The notes: generated from the letters alone by a model not told the origin. Shown: positions 11,041-23,260, numbered from the stretch's first letter. The stretch is DNA of 34,044 nt from Octopus bimaculoides (GCF_001194135.2 NC_068983.1:12405282-12439325), one strand, 5' to 3'. A program made the numbers and translations.

Positions 11041-11339
11041 CTAGCTCAGTGCAAGTCTGGTCCTTTATTTATCGATACCGTAAACATGAAAGGCTTAGAC
11101 GACCTCAAATGGATTTGAATTGAAAATACAGAGAGCCTTAATGATTATCGAAAATCTACTCGTCACTCTAATTACTCTGTCAACTGACTACGTTATCTAG
11201 AGTCATATTATTCTTAGAATTCTTTATCTTATTAAGATGGTAGGTTGTGATGTGAAGATTTCTAACAGCTTCACGATCTTTGCAGAATGTTTTCTCACTA
11301 CCTTAGATCACAGGTTTCAGTGTCTTACCTAGTGTATAG

Positions 11340-11640
11340 AACGCTAAGCTGAAGATCGTTAGATCGTGGGTTCTAGTATTTGACTGTGAGACTAGTTATG
11401 TTCCAGAGCAAATCACTTCATTAGTTTCAGTGGCAACTGGGGCCCAACCCTGCGACTGAATATTCGGCTGGATATGGTGTTCTATTTTTCTACATCCAGT
11501 CAATGAAAAGCCCTGAAAACACGCAGTGGTCGACAAAAGACCAGGGTCTAGTTATCAGCTTGATGTCTTCGCGAACGTAAGACCGTGGTTTCAATTCCCG
11601 GACCGTGCGGTGCGTTGTGTACTTGTGCAAAACATATCCT
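11340..11640 (+). mobile_element. Old, degenerate tRNA-head SINE remnants (two pieces)
   Basis: Box-B-like gtgggttctagtatt and gtggtttcaattcccggacc followed by gcgttgtgtacttgtgcaaaaca, similar to the 5623 SINE head. Confidence 0.5.
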
Positions 11641-11961
11641 TTTAAAGGAATTGTAGGTACATGGTGTTTCGTTATGCAACCAGAATATACTATAAAGTAA
11701 ATTAAGTGTCTTTGATAAGTCAATACCTTTAACAGAGCATTTTGCATAACTTTTTAGTGTTATCTCGACAGATATTTACATTCGACGGATATTTGCCCTC
11801 ATTTTGTTTGTTGCTAACACAATATACATAATTCCTCATCTCTTAAATATAGAAATGTATCCCGATAGATGTTCTATACAAATTATAGCCAGACATTTTT
11901 GTTACGATGTTTCGTCTCGAGTCGTCGGATGTAAACAAACAAGGATGTTGCTACGAGTTAC

Positions 11962-12008
11962 TTGCCGCAATGATTTGGAAGTTATCCCTTCGGTAAACCG
12001 GTGTCCCG
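11962..12008 (-). CDS. Candidate short internal exon, xGHRFTEGITSKSLRQ, in phase with exon 9615-9706
   Basis: Acceptor cctccccatcatcaccactttcag|C; donor CAA|gtaact gives phase 0 matching the next exon (…SKSLRQ-AYAQMK…). An alternative GC donor (GCG|gcaagt) in another frame is also phase 0. Confidence 0.35.
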
Positions 12009-12827
12009 CTGAAAGTGGTGATGATGGGGAGGTTGCTGTAATATTAGTCATTAAAACATTTGGACTTGATGGGAACCAGGTTATGATCCGGCCTTGTGAG
12101 TCCTTAGATTTACGACATACCCCAAAATTAGTTGAAGTATTTTAAATTTTGTTTGCTAGTTCCAGATTAGGTCTCATTAAACACATCTATAACCAAAAGG
12201 CATTCCACCCACAACACAACCAACTTTTATGGAGACACTTTATAACCAGATTTAACAAACCGAATAAAACCTGTATTTGGAAAAATGTATGGTGAGATAT
12301 GAAAGAATCGTTTACTGGTTTTAGGAAGTTAAGTGACAGGATACAGGCCTCACAAGAACAAACAGACCTCCATTGGAAAGGAATGGTTATTTCTTTATAT
12401 TTACGAATTCATAATATATAAATTGCACATTTTGCATTTAGCATTTATACATAGAATCCATTTAATATTGAAATACATTTTATATAATACTTTCGTAATG
12501 TTCATATGCACTTCAAATATATTTTAAATATTCATATCACATATAGTTATGATTACGTTTCTAATATCCCTCGAGGTATCTACAATTTTCTATAATTCAT
12601 ATTCAATATATAATTCATGTTCTTATCTTCTAAGTAAAGTTTACATTTCGCATTTTCTTGGCATGTATAGGTATAAGCATCACTATAATCATCGCATTTG
12701 CCGTCTCTCTCTCTTCATCATCAACGTGAAGAAAGAGAATAATGCTATCATCGCAAAAGTAACTAGAACGACTTAGACAATGAACCATCACAATCTCTTC
12801 CTACGCCCACACCATCTCCAAACCCGT

Positions 12828-12867
12828 CACCACCACCACCACCACCACTACCACCACCACCACCACC

Positions 12868-12928
<61 letters not shown>
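12828..12928. repeat. Compound (CAC)n-(TAC)n microsatellite
   Basis: Visible directly. Confidence 0.97.
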
Positions 12929-12984
12929 TAGGCGTAAGGCTTGAAATTTTTTGGGCGGCGGATTTCTAGTCTATTACGTCGAAC

Positions 12985-13212
12985 TCAGTATTCAGCTGGT
13001 ACTTATTTCATCGATCCCGGAAGAATAAGAAGCAAAGTCAACTGCGGTGGAATGGGAACTCGGGACATAAAGCCGGGAGAAATGCTGCGAAGCATTTTGT
13101 CAGACGTGCTAATTACTGGGGTCACCCGAGGGTATAGTAGAACTGCCTCGCAATAGGACTGAACCCGAAAAACATGTGGTTGGGAAATAAACATCTTACA
13201 ACAGAGCCATGC
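12985..13212 (-). mobile_element. Two abutting SINE fragments (gtaccagctgaatac family plus head of the large octopus-type SINE)
   Basis: 12985-13128 matches 8332 and 33657 family; 13128-13212 reverse complement is the aggcatggct...ttcccaaccacatg...gggttcagtcc head. Confidence 0.75.
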
Positions 13213-13239
13213 CTGCGACTGATAGCAGTAACACCAAAA

Positions 13240-13275
13240 ACAACTACAACAACAACAATAATGATGATGATGATG

Positions 13276-13324
<49 letters not shown>

Positions 13325-13350
13325 TAAAACTACTGAATAATAATAATAAT
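13240..13350. repeat. Compound (AAC)n-(ATG)n-(AAT)n microsatellite
   Basis: Visible directly. Confidence 0.95.
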
Positions 13351-13576
13351 ACCTTTTGAGCGGGATGGGTTACTCAACCTGAAGAAAATTCTAACTGGGC
13401 CCCACCTGCAAGGTCATGCACTGTTTGTGTTGATATGAGATCACCATGTCGCGTACATACGGCTGTGATGCATGTGCCTCATGTACCCTTATCAGACGGG
13501 TAGTCATGATGGGTATACTGGGCTTCGTATATTTTACCCCAGTGTCACTTTGATGGCATGCAATGCTCACTTACTC
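13351..13576. mobile_element. Partial copy of a non-coding interspersed element bounded by (AAT)n
   Basis: Aligns along its whole length with 15114-15338 (gagcgggatggg...ctaactgggccccacctgc...ttatcagacgggtagtcatgatgggtata...ccccagtgtcactttgatggcatgca). Confidence 0.9.
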
Positions 13577-13612
13577 AATAATAACAAGAACAACAACAAC
13601 AACAACAACAAT

Positions 13613-13700
<88 letters not shown>
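13577..13700. repeat. (AAC)n-(AAT)n microsatellite
   Basis: Visible directly; gives the poly-N artefact ORF. Confidence 0.97.
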
Positions 13701-14717
13701 TGCCATTATCAATGAAGGTAGCCACAATTGGCCTAGACACCTATCTGAAAAACTCTGAGGACTGGATGCTAAAACTTGTCTTAAAATATGAAAGCAAGAA
13801 AGCATCTTACTCANNNNNNNNNNNNNNNNNNNNNNNNNNNNNNNNNNNNNNNNNNNNNNNNNNNNNNNNNNNNNNNNNNNNNNNNNNNNNNNNNNNNNNN
13901 NNNNNNNNNNNNNNNNNNNNNNNNNNNNNNNNNNNNNNNNNNNNNNNNNNNNNNNNNNNNNNNNNNNNNNNNNNNNNNNNNNNNNNNNNNNNNNNNNNNN
14001 NNNNNNNNNNNNNNNNNNNNNNNNNNNNNNNNNNNNNNNNNNNNNNNNNNNNNNNNNNNNNNNNNNNNNNNNNNNNNNNNNNNNNNNNNNNNNNNNNNNN
14101 NNNNNNNNNNNNNNNNNNNNNNNNNNNNNNNNNNNNNNNNNNNNNNNNNNNNNNNNNNNNNNNNNNNNNNNNNNNNNNNNNNNNNNNNNNNNNNNNNNNN
14201 NNNNNNNNNNNNNNNNNNNNNNNNNNNNNNNNNNNNNNNNNNNNNNNNNNNNNNNNNNNNNNNNNNNNNNNNNNNNNNNNNNNNNNNNNNNNNNNNNNNN
14301 NNNNNNNNNNNNNNNNNNNNNNNNNNNNNNNNNNNNNNNNNNNNNNNNNNNNNNNNNNNNNNNNNNNNNNNNNNNNNNNNNNNNNNNNNNNNNNNNNNNN
14401 NNNNNNNNNNNNNNNNNNNNNNNNNNNNNNNNNNNNNNNNNNNNNNNNNNNNNNNNNNNNNNNNNNNNNNNNNNNNNNNNNNNNNNNNNNNNNNNNNNNN
14501 NNNNNNNNNNNNNNNNNNNNNNNNNNNNNNNNNNNNNNNNNNNNNNNNNNNNNNNNNNNNNNNNNNNNNNNNNNNNNNNNNNNNNNNNNNNNNNNNNNNN
14601 NNNNNNNNNNNNNNNNNNNNNNNNNNNNNNNNNNNNNNNNNNNNNNNNNNNNNNNNNNNNNNNNNNNNNNNNNNNNNNNNNNNNNNNNNNNNNNNGCAAA
14701 ACAAAAGTCAAACATGA

Positions 14718-14718
<1 letters not shown>
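13701..14718 (+). mobile_element. 5'-truncated R4/Dong-type non-LTR retrotransposon, interior hidden by N-gap 13814-14695
   Basis: LSMKVATIGLDTYLKNSEDWMLKLVLKYESKK resembles the post-RT region of R4-clade ORFs; after the gap caaaagtcaaacatgaa(ata)n looks like the element 3' end; (AAT)n on both sides. Confidence 0.7.

Positions 14719-14782
<64 letters not shown>
14719..14782. repeat. (AAT)n microsatellite
   Basis: Visible directly. Confidence 0.97.
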
Positions 14783-14784
<2 letters not shown>

Positions 14785-15338
14785 GCCCTGATTCAGTACC
14801 AGACAGTGGCTCTCATGGCTTCTGATCTTAATTGATTGGAAGTGTTATCACGTACATTGTTTTGTCTTGGTATAAAAGATTGGGCTACAGCAAATATTCT
14901 GTTCAATACCACAGATTTGCTTGTCAGTTGTTTGACCTTAACCAATTGAGCATGTCCCTTGGTGGCTGACGATATGTGCATGTCTGATCAGGAGCAAACG
15001 TAGTGGGGGAACATGATAACCATGTGTTGAGAGGAATTCATTAGGATTTGAATAGTTTACCCTTGGAAACGTAAGTGTTTCGTTCAACGTTCTTAAACAA
15101 CACTTCTTCAAGGACCCTTTGAGCGGGATGGGCTATTCGATCTGAAAAAATTCTAACTGGGCCCCACCTGCGAAGTAATGCGCTATTTATCTTGATATGA
15201 GATCACTATGTCGCACACATATGGTTGTGATGCATGTGCCTGGTGTACTCTTATCAGACGGGTAGTCATGATGGGTATATTGGGCTTCGTATATTTTACC
15301 CCAGTGTCACTTTGATGGCATGCACTGCTCTCTCACTC
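14783..15338. mobile_element. ~555-bp non-coding interspersed element flanked by (AAT)n on both sides
   Basis: Its last ~225 bp recur at 13351-13576; no ORF of note, no TIRs, no obvious Pol III boxes. Confidence 0.85.
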
Positions 15339-15478
<140 letters not shown>

Positions 15479-15479
15479 T

Positions 15480-15990
15480 TCTAAGAATACTGAGAGAAAT
15501 CTGTTTGCTCTCTCCTCCCAATGCCGAGGCATAGACATCTATTGTTCTCAGGACATTTTCTGGAATTCACCTCCAGGATTTACAATTTTATGATCCGGGG
15601 CCAGGAATTTCGACTATATCTTAAGACCAGGCTTTCCAGAGAACACTGCTACTCCACATCCAATTCCAGGTCAGTTAGCAGATGCATAGATCTTAGATTC
15701 CTCAAGAAATTCTATGAAAATATGTATGTCGGATATTTTGATTATGAACATGCTTATCATATCTATACGTAGTCATGTGGCATCATTGATCAACCTGCTT
15801 CCAAGATGATCTCGGTTCAGGTCACGTGCATTTGTGCAAGCCACTCTCAGAGTTTTCATTTTCGAGGCAAATGAACCAAAAGGAAAAAGAATTAGCTTCA
15901 CCAACGATTTTTTGTTGGCAATCGGATGTGTCAAAATTTCGTTCACTGTACGGGGCTCTTTATGGAAAACTCGAAGGAGTCGACTCGTGG
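15480..15990 (-). pseudogene. Degenerate Tx1/L1-clade LINE fragment: ORF1/ORF2 junction and AP-endonuclease N-terminus
   Basis: From ATG at 15859: MKTLRVACTNARDLN...RLINDAT*LRID...GCGVAVF...then LRTIDVYA after a frameshift, matching APE motifs (xNxRGLN, GVAI/V, FRLIxVYAP); several stops. Confidence 0.75.
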
Positions 15991-16673
15991 CCATACCATA
16001 ACGCTAGAGTTTCAACGGCCACTACCACTTTACTAAATGTGTCGATTGACAGACTCACAAATTTTAAAACTTCAAGTACTTGTACCGAACTTTATGTAAA
16101 ACTTCTGTCCCTGTTCCAATGGCTCCACTTTGTACTGTGTAAACTAACACGTTTAGACATGTTTGCCTTAATCACATTTGTGTGTGCTGGTGATTTATTG
16201 TTGATGAAGATGGAGTCGTATATTTGTTTGATGTTGTTTTTTTTATTTCTGCTTGTTGTTGAATTGTACCTTCATTTCCCTTTTTTTTGAGTACTTAATT
16301 TTTGTTGCGTTTGTGTGGAGTTCGAAATGGATTCCCTGCTAGTGGCGATTGTATTTAAAGTGAGTATTTCAACATAATTTCCTAATATCGATATAAAATA
16401 TTTCTGTTCACTTGAAATGTCATGTTGTTTCGAAGTCTACCCTGACATAGTGGTATTAATATGTATTCATTTGGACAGCAGATACTCCCCTATATGTTTA
16501 ATTGTGATGTAGGGGCATTAACGTCCAACATTCACTTTCATTTCTTCCAGGTTCTATGATTTCTGGTAATGGAAAGACTTCCGAAGTTAACGTCTAAGGA
16601 ACTCGAAGAAATGGTTGACAGACTAAATTGAAAGTGAAATGAATTAAGACTTTCAACTGTATTAGTTCTTAGC

Positions 16674-16674
<1 letters not shown>

Positions 16675-16717
<43 letters not shown>

Positions 16718-16915
16718 NNNNNNNNNNNNNNNNNNNNNNNNNNNNNNNNNNNNNNNNNNNNNNNNNNNNNNNNNNNNNNNNNNNNNNNNNNNNNNNNNNN
16801 NNNNNNNNNNNNNNNNNNNNNNNNNNNNNNNNNNNNNNNNNNNNNNNNNNNNNNNNNNNNNNNNNATATATGTATGTATATGTATATATATTTATGTATT
16901 TATATATGTGTGTGG
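16675..16915. repeat. (TA)n microsatellite spanning N-gap 16718-16865
   Basis: Visible directly. Confidence 0.95.
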
Positions 16916-17229
16916 ATGTGTGGATGTATACGTAACAAAAGTCGTTGATTTTCATCATATTTGCAAAAGAAATCTTGAAATCTTGAAATTTAGAGACAGC
17001 AATGAAAAGAACCCCCAATAGATGAGAATATCAGTTAAAGTAAAGACTAGATTTTAATTGTAAACTTTACTTGGCACATACATAGTTTTGTGTGAGAGTC
17101 TACGGAGCGGCACCAAATTATGATTGAGTGATTTGAAATCCTATTAAGAAATTACGAGAAAGACACAGCAGAGTCTGTTATCAGGGCTGGAAATAACCAA
17201 CAAAAATGAAAATAAACATAATAGCAGAA

Positions 17230-17298
17230 GTATTAGTATTAGTGGTAGTAGTAGAAGTGGTGGTGGCAGTAACAACAGCAGCACCAGCAGCACCAGTG

Positions 17299-17367
<69 letters not shown>

Positions 17368-17392
17368 ATAGTAGTAGTAGTAGTAGTAGTGT
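17230..17392. repeat. (GTA)n microsatellite with degenerate GTG/GCA lead-in
   Basis: Visible directly; gives the poly-V/poly-L ORFs. Confidence 0.97.
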
Positions 17393-18254
17393 ATAGTTAT
17401 TTAGATTAAGTTGCAAAACATAAAATAGATGTTCTACCAATTTATTATTTTTCTCCATCACATTCTATTAAATAATAATACCCACCAACCATCGAGATTT
17501 CGACTATATTATGTACGCCAGTGAGACGAAGTTCTACTATTTTACTATTCTGTTCTGTCACATTCTATTAAATTAAATATTCGACGACAACCGACATATG
17601 GGAATACATATACACGAGAGAGAATGAGAAAACCATAAATATATGTTAGAGAGTATGTTATGAGTAACTGGTGTATTCGATTATTTTTCTTTGCAAATCT
17701 ATTTCAACGTTTTACTGTATAGTCATAAAAGTATTGCAAACTAAAAGCATAATTGTTTATTTTGTTATGGGGAACACGCATTGCCGTTCGCTTACATTAA
17801 GAATTTACAAATCAAAATTAAATGTGCAGAGTGGCAACGAATAGGAACATAATTGATAATTTAAATGATTTTTCTCCTTTATTATGTTAGTATGCCTAAA
17901 AGGTTTATAAAAGGGTATTCGAAATATAATCATTTCTGCTGAGCACACATTTATCGATTTTGATGCCTGTTTCGATTCAAATGCAATAATTGAATAGAAG
18001 GTCACTGCTAGCGATATAAATAGCATCATTAAAAACAAAACACACCTAACAGAAAATGTCGACTATATTAGTGCTACAGTAGCTTCTCCGAAAAAGGAGT
18101 TGTCTCTCTCATAAACCGCAATTTAAATGCTCTATGATTTTCACATGGAAAACTATAAGATACCACATTTATTTAATCTTTTCCATAATTAAATTTTATG
18201 ATGTGCCCATCTGCATACGTGTGTATGGAATACACTTCTACATACACACATTTA

Positions 18255-18257
18255 TGC

Positions 18258-18296
<39 letters not shown>

Positions 18297-18571
18297 TATT
18301 TATATATATATATATATATATATATNNNNNNNNNNNNNNNNNNNNNNNNNNNNNNNNNNNNNNNNNNNNNNNNNNNNNNNNNNNNNNNNNNNNNNNNNNN
18401 NNNNNNNNNNNNNNNNNNNNNNNNNNNNNNNNNNNNNNNNNNNNNNNNNNNNNNNNNNNNNNNNNNNNNNNNNNNNNNNNNNNNNNNNNNNNNNNNNNNN
18501 NNNNNNNNNNNNNNNNNNNNNNNNNNNNNNNNNNNNNNNNNNNNNNNNNNNNNNNNNNNNNNNNNNNNNNN

Positions 18572-18612
<41 letters not shown>

Positions 18613-18637
18613 ATATATGTATATACATGTATGTCTG

Positions 18638-18698
<61 letters not shown>

Positions 18699-18700
18699 GT
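18255..18700. repeat. (CA)n-(TA)n, N-gap 18326-18571, (TA)n-(TG)n-(TCTA)n
   Basis: Visible directly. Confidence 0.95.
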
Positions 18701-19169
18701 GTTTAGTTGTATATTTTATGCTTCTTTAGCCTCTGGTGTATTGACTTTATCCAAATCGGCGTGCGATGAGAACCAAACAATGAGTTGCATTCTACAAGAG
18801 ATGAAAATTAAAACAAAAATATCCGAAAATAAAAGGCAGAACATAAACTTTACTTTGCCTGAAGTACTGAATAAATGAATAAATGAACAATCAAGATGAT
18901 ATTCGTGTTATTACGTACATTTCAGTTTGGTAACTTCAGTGCGCAGCCTCCATAACTGTTTTATAATATTTAAAGAAAAAAAAAAAAAAGACAACATGAA
19001 TAGGAAAAAAAGAATTCTTTTCTGCTCATTCAATATTCATTTGTTAAATTAAATTAAAAAAATGAAATAAAATAAAATAAAATAAAAACCAAATAAAGTT
19101 TAATTCGTAGAGCTATTTGACAATTTTAGCGTAAACTATAACTAACACTCCACCGCCTTCTAGTCATCC

Positions 19170-19300
19170 GCACTGTCGCAGTCGTCATCATCACCTCCAT
19201 CAGCATCGTCATCAGCATCGTCGCCTTCGTCATCGCGAAACATCAAAGTCGCGATCATTAACCCGTATCCTCACCACCACCACCACCACCGCCACCAATC
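19170..19300. repeat. Degenerate (CAT/CGT)n and (CAC)n low-complexity tract
   Basis: catcgtcatcagcatcgtc..., caccaccaccaccaccgccacc. Confidence 0.75.
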
Positions 19301-19629
19301 TCAACGTGATTGCGTGTTTACACTGCAAAACCGAGCGCAGCTGTGGTATGCGCCTTGGGTATGTGAGGTGCTTTGTATGTTATTTTTTTTCTATCTGGTT
19401 TTGCTATTGTAATGAAAATATTATACGTGATATTTTTGTAGTGCAACGTTTTATTCAGTAACTTGTGCAAACATGTAAATCATGTGAATCCGCCATATTT
19501 TTGTCTACGCATTGCTTTTTCTTCATTGTTGCTGCATATAAATTTTTGACGAATGGCTTGATTTTTCAGTTTAATTCCTACATATTGGTTGTCTCTATTT
19601 TGAGATTTTTATATCTGGGTTGCTTCATA

Positions 19630-20410
19630 TTTTGCTTTCTGTGGCATTTTCTACATACCATGCTATATTGTTTTCTTCTGTTCTAATGTTCGCATATCCC
19701 GCTCTTTTTCTTGGTACATACAGTCTGTCTGTGTCACTTTTCGGGTGGAATATCCCATATCTAGTCAGCAACTACCTTGTCTTTCTGTCTAAGCTGTTTA
19801 GTTCGTCTACTGTCCATGCTATTACCCCTGCTCCATATCTAAGTACTGAAACCACCCAGGTGTTGATAGCTCCAATCTTATTGCGTCTTATTTAATTTTT
19901 AATTAATTTTTAGTCTCAATCTGCGCACGTACACCACTTTAAATTTTTCTGTCATTTCTTTCTCCATCAATTTGTCCATTTTCAAAATCCCCAAGTACTT
20001 ATAGCCTGTCTTTTCTATCTGCTTCATAACCTCCTTCGACGGTATTCCTAACCCGTTCATATATTTGCTTTTGCCTCGCTTCAAGACTAACACACCACAC
20101 TTTCTCAGTCCGAACTCCATTCTGATATCAGCACTGAAAGCATACACCAAATCAATGAGGGAACTCACTTGGGATTTATAAAGTTTGAGGCCATCCATGA
20201 ATAACAAGTGGTTGACTTTTTGTTGGTGGTTTTTGAATACATACTGAGATTTTGCTTTCATCAGTATCAGTGTTAGATGTACCATACACAGTACAAAGAT
20301 CAGGGGGGTGAGGCAGTACCCTTGGAAAATGACCCTCCTAATTTCTATTCTCCTTAAACGTCTTCCATATGCTGTGTGTTCTGTCTTCCTGAATGAATCC
20401 TGCATAGCAT
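19630..20410 (-). pseudogene. Degenerate R4/Dong-clade non-LTR retrotransposon reverse transcriptase fragment
   Basis: ORF 19899-20405 has IFQGYCLTPLIF (QGDxLSP-like), NHLLFMDGLKLY (YMDD-like), MEFGLRKC, GYKYLGI; a frameshifted continuation reads NKIGAINTW..SVLRYGAG..W..DEL..LDRKTR...HPKSDTDRLYVPR. Confidence 0.93.
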
Positions 20411-20744
20411 ACAGAATGTAATCAATAGTTTACGAGATGGTTACAGCATTATGTAAGATTGATTGTAGGGAATAATGAGGAAACGATTGTAAATGAAGTA
20501 CGAAAGTTACTTACTGATTTCATTCTTTGATATTTGTCATTAATTATACTCAATGTATATTTCTGTTTTGTCAGATAATTTACTTGGTAAAATGAAAGCT
20601 TCCCGCTTTTTCATCTTTTAATAACCGGTGCCTGTGGAAGTGCTTCACGTAGTAAACCCCTGGATTCTCTATCCCAACTTACTTGCTATATTTATGTATG
20701 TTTGTGTGTGTGAGGCTGTGTGTAAACATAGACTATAATAATAG

Positions 20745-20797
20745 AAATTGTTGATATGTTTTGGGTGATGTTTACTCCTTGGTTTGACGAGATTCAG
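20745..20797 (+). CDS. Weak candidate exon, (E)IVDMFWVMFTPWFDEIQ
   Basis: Consensus donor CAG|gtgagt; weak acceptor (ataatag); one open frame, phase 0 matches 22676-22749. Confidence 0.2.
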
Positions 20798-21577
20798 GTG
20801 AGTTATAACCATTCGCCGTTTTCCCATCTTTATTCATTTTTATTGATTTAAAAAAAAAATCTTAATTCATCCAGAATTACGTAATCCAATCTGTTTTTCC
20901 CTTTTAAGAAACGTATAACAGGGTTTGAAGGAGGTCAGTCTTCTATTAATAGTAAGTTATTTACGTAATCAGGCCTTCTTCTTGCTTCGTTACAGTAACA
21001 AATCATAATTCCACGGCTATTAAACGAGCAAGGCTGCATTTTCATGTTTAGTACTGCTCATGTTACTGGTGTTGATGCTGATGTTTTGAGATAATGTTTA
21101 ATGTTTTCAGTATTCATCTCGCTGTTCATGAGCTTACCGTTACTTTTGCTACGGTATGTTGTGTAGTTTGTATTTGAATTTGGTTGACTTCTTCTCCACA
21201 CCCCGCTACAGACTACATAATGAAAGAAGTCATGTAATGTCATTGTACGAAACATTTCCCATTATCCTCACTCGAACTGATCATATTGAAACATTATTTC
21301 CTATGACGTTGAAAAATTACTTCTGTCAGATACAAATAACAAATTACTGTGTTGTTTCTATATCTGGGTAAAAAAAAATATATATATATATCGACTGATA
21401 TATCTTTCTCTTCCTCGATGTATGATACATGGAATATAAGTTACAGTTCTAGCATATATCAGGTAGAATCAAAAGAATAAAACAGTTCCAATTCAAAATA
21501 GAGTAATACAAATCCAGTACGTTTCAAGACCCATTACCCGTTTCGTAAGTGTCGTTATGTAGTAATAACTGTCACTG

Positions 21578-21866
21578 CGTCGACTACGACGACGGGGGTT
21601 CCAGTTGATCCGATCAACGGAACAGCCTGCTCGCGAAATTAATACACAAGTGGCGTGTACGTAGTTCTCAGAAAGATTCGGTGTGATACAGAATGCGAGA
21701 AGACCAACCCTTTGAATTGAAAGTAGAACTCACTTTTGGCAGCTGAGTGGACTGGAGCAACGTAAAATAAAGAGTTTCGTTCAAGGACGCAACGCACTGT
21801 CGGGAATCGAACTCAGGACCTTAGGATCGTGAGCTATTTACCCTAACTATGAAGCCATGCACCTTC
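21578..21866 (-). mobile_element. tRNA-derived SINE sharing the 3' domain of the 5623-6004 element
   Basis: Box B gagttcgattccc (21802-21814, minus); 3' end atttcgcgagcaggctgttccgttgatcggatcaactggaaccc nearly identical to ~5931-5975. Confidence 0.85.
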
Positions 21867-22675
21867 ACGATGTAGTAATAAAGAAACTACTATTTTGGTG
21901 TAAGATAAGCTAGTTTGGCACGTCTCCTCCATCCTGCAGTAGTCTGCATAATTTATATAGCCGGAACATCGAACTCCGGCGGCTATCACGAAATCACATA
22001 TGATCGTTGAAAACACCATCGAATTGTCTATCAATCACTGTGTTCCTCTTCTACTGTCAAAGCCTATTCCATAACTGTGGCAAATGATCCGGGAAAAGAG
22101 ACTACTACCTGGTACTGCTAGCCGGATTCAAGTTATCCCACATCCCTGGACGCGCAGGGTCGATGCTCTATGAAGTCGCTTAAACACTACCTACTATCAT
22201 TGGTATTACCTATCATATAACGATTTCTAACACACATATAAGACTAGAAATCGTAAGACATTTCTAATAGACGAAATTGCTGCCAGTTCTTGACTGGTAC
22301 TTATTTTATCAAATCTGGAATGCAAAGACTACCGAAGCAAATATAGCATTATCAACACTCTAAAGGTTCTACCAACGCTCAGATTTCTGCGGAGTTTCTC
22401 CATTAAAATTAGAGACATTAGTGTCGCCATGTTACTGAAAAGACGTCGTTCACATATGTGGAGTAACGAACACAGCATATTATATTATTCAGTTGCGTTC
22501 ATATACGGACTGAAATCAAACTCGGCCCTGCCCAACTTTATTTTCCTCCTTCAACAGTCAATGAAATAGGTTTAACTATTCTCAAAGTTAACCTGACAAA
22601 CTTTCTCATAGACCTTGATAAATTCTTTGATCATAGTTTTTCCAAAAGTTCATTTCTTTTTTTTCTTATCATCAG

Positions 22676-22749
22676 AACAACGAAGAGCTGCGTCCTCGCA
22701 CGCATCGACCCACACCCACCCTCCCCATAGCTAACCACCGCATGCGATG
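22676..22749 (+). CDS. Candidate internal exon, NNEELRPRTHRPTPTLPIANHRMR(W/C); could be non-coding
   Basis: Long polypyrimidine acceptor catttcttttttttcttatcatcag| and donor ATG|gtaagg; GC-rich 74 nt with one open frame. Confidence 0.4.
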
Positions 22750-23204
22750 GTAAGGACATGTCCTTCACCTCCTGTCAGATCATTCTACAAGGGCCTTACT
22801 CTTGNNNNNNNNNNNNNNNNNNNNNNNNNNNNNNNNNNNNNNNNNNNNNNNNNNNNNNNNNNNNNNNNNNNNNNNNNNNNNNNNNNNNNNNNNNNNNNNN
22901 NNNNNNNNNNNNNNNNNNNNNNNNNNNNNNNNNNNNNNNNNNNNNNNNNNNNNNNNNNNNNNNNNNNNNNNNNNNNNNNNNNNNNNNNNNNNNNNNNNNN
23001 NNNNNNNNNNNNNNNNNNNNNNNNNNNNNNNNNNNNNNNNNNNNNNNNNNNNNNNNNNNNNNNNNNNNNNNNNNNNNNNNNNNNNNNNNNNNNNNNNNNN
23101 NNNNNNNNNNNNNNNNNNNNNNNNNNNNNNNNNNNNNNNNNNNNNNNNNNNNNNNNNNNNNNNNNNNNNNNNNNNNNNNNNNNNNNNNNNNNNNNNNNNN
23201 NNNN

Positions 23205-23248
<44 letters not shown>

Positions 23249-23260
23249 AGAGAGGGAGAG
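23205..23260. repeat. (AG)n microsatellite after N-gap 22805-23204
   Basis: Visible directly. Confidence 0.97.

Noticed and set aside
13472-14722. Longest ORFs in the track (297-416 aa)
   Set aside because: Almost entirely X from the 882-N gap plus poly-N from (AAC/AAT)n; only the short R4-like stretch is meaningful. Same artefact at 22747-23399.
18716-18791. Minus-strand acceptor followed by MQLIVWFSSHADLDKVNTPEAKEA*
   Set aside because: Good acceptor but no usable donor or supported upstream partner; a short open frame to a stop is expected by chance.
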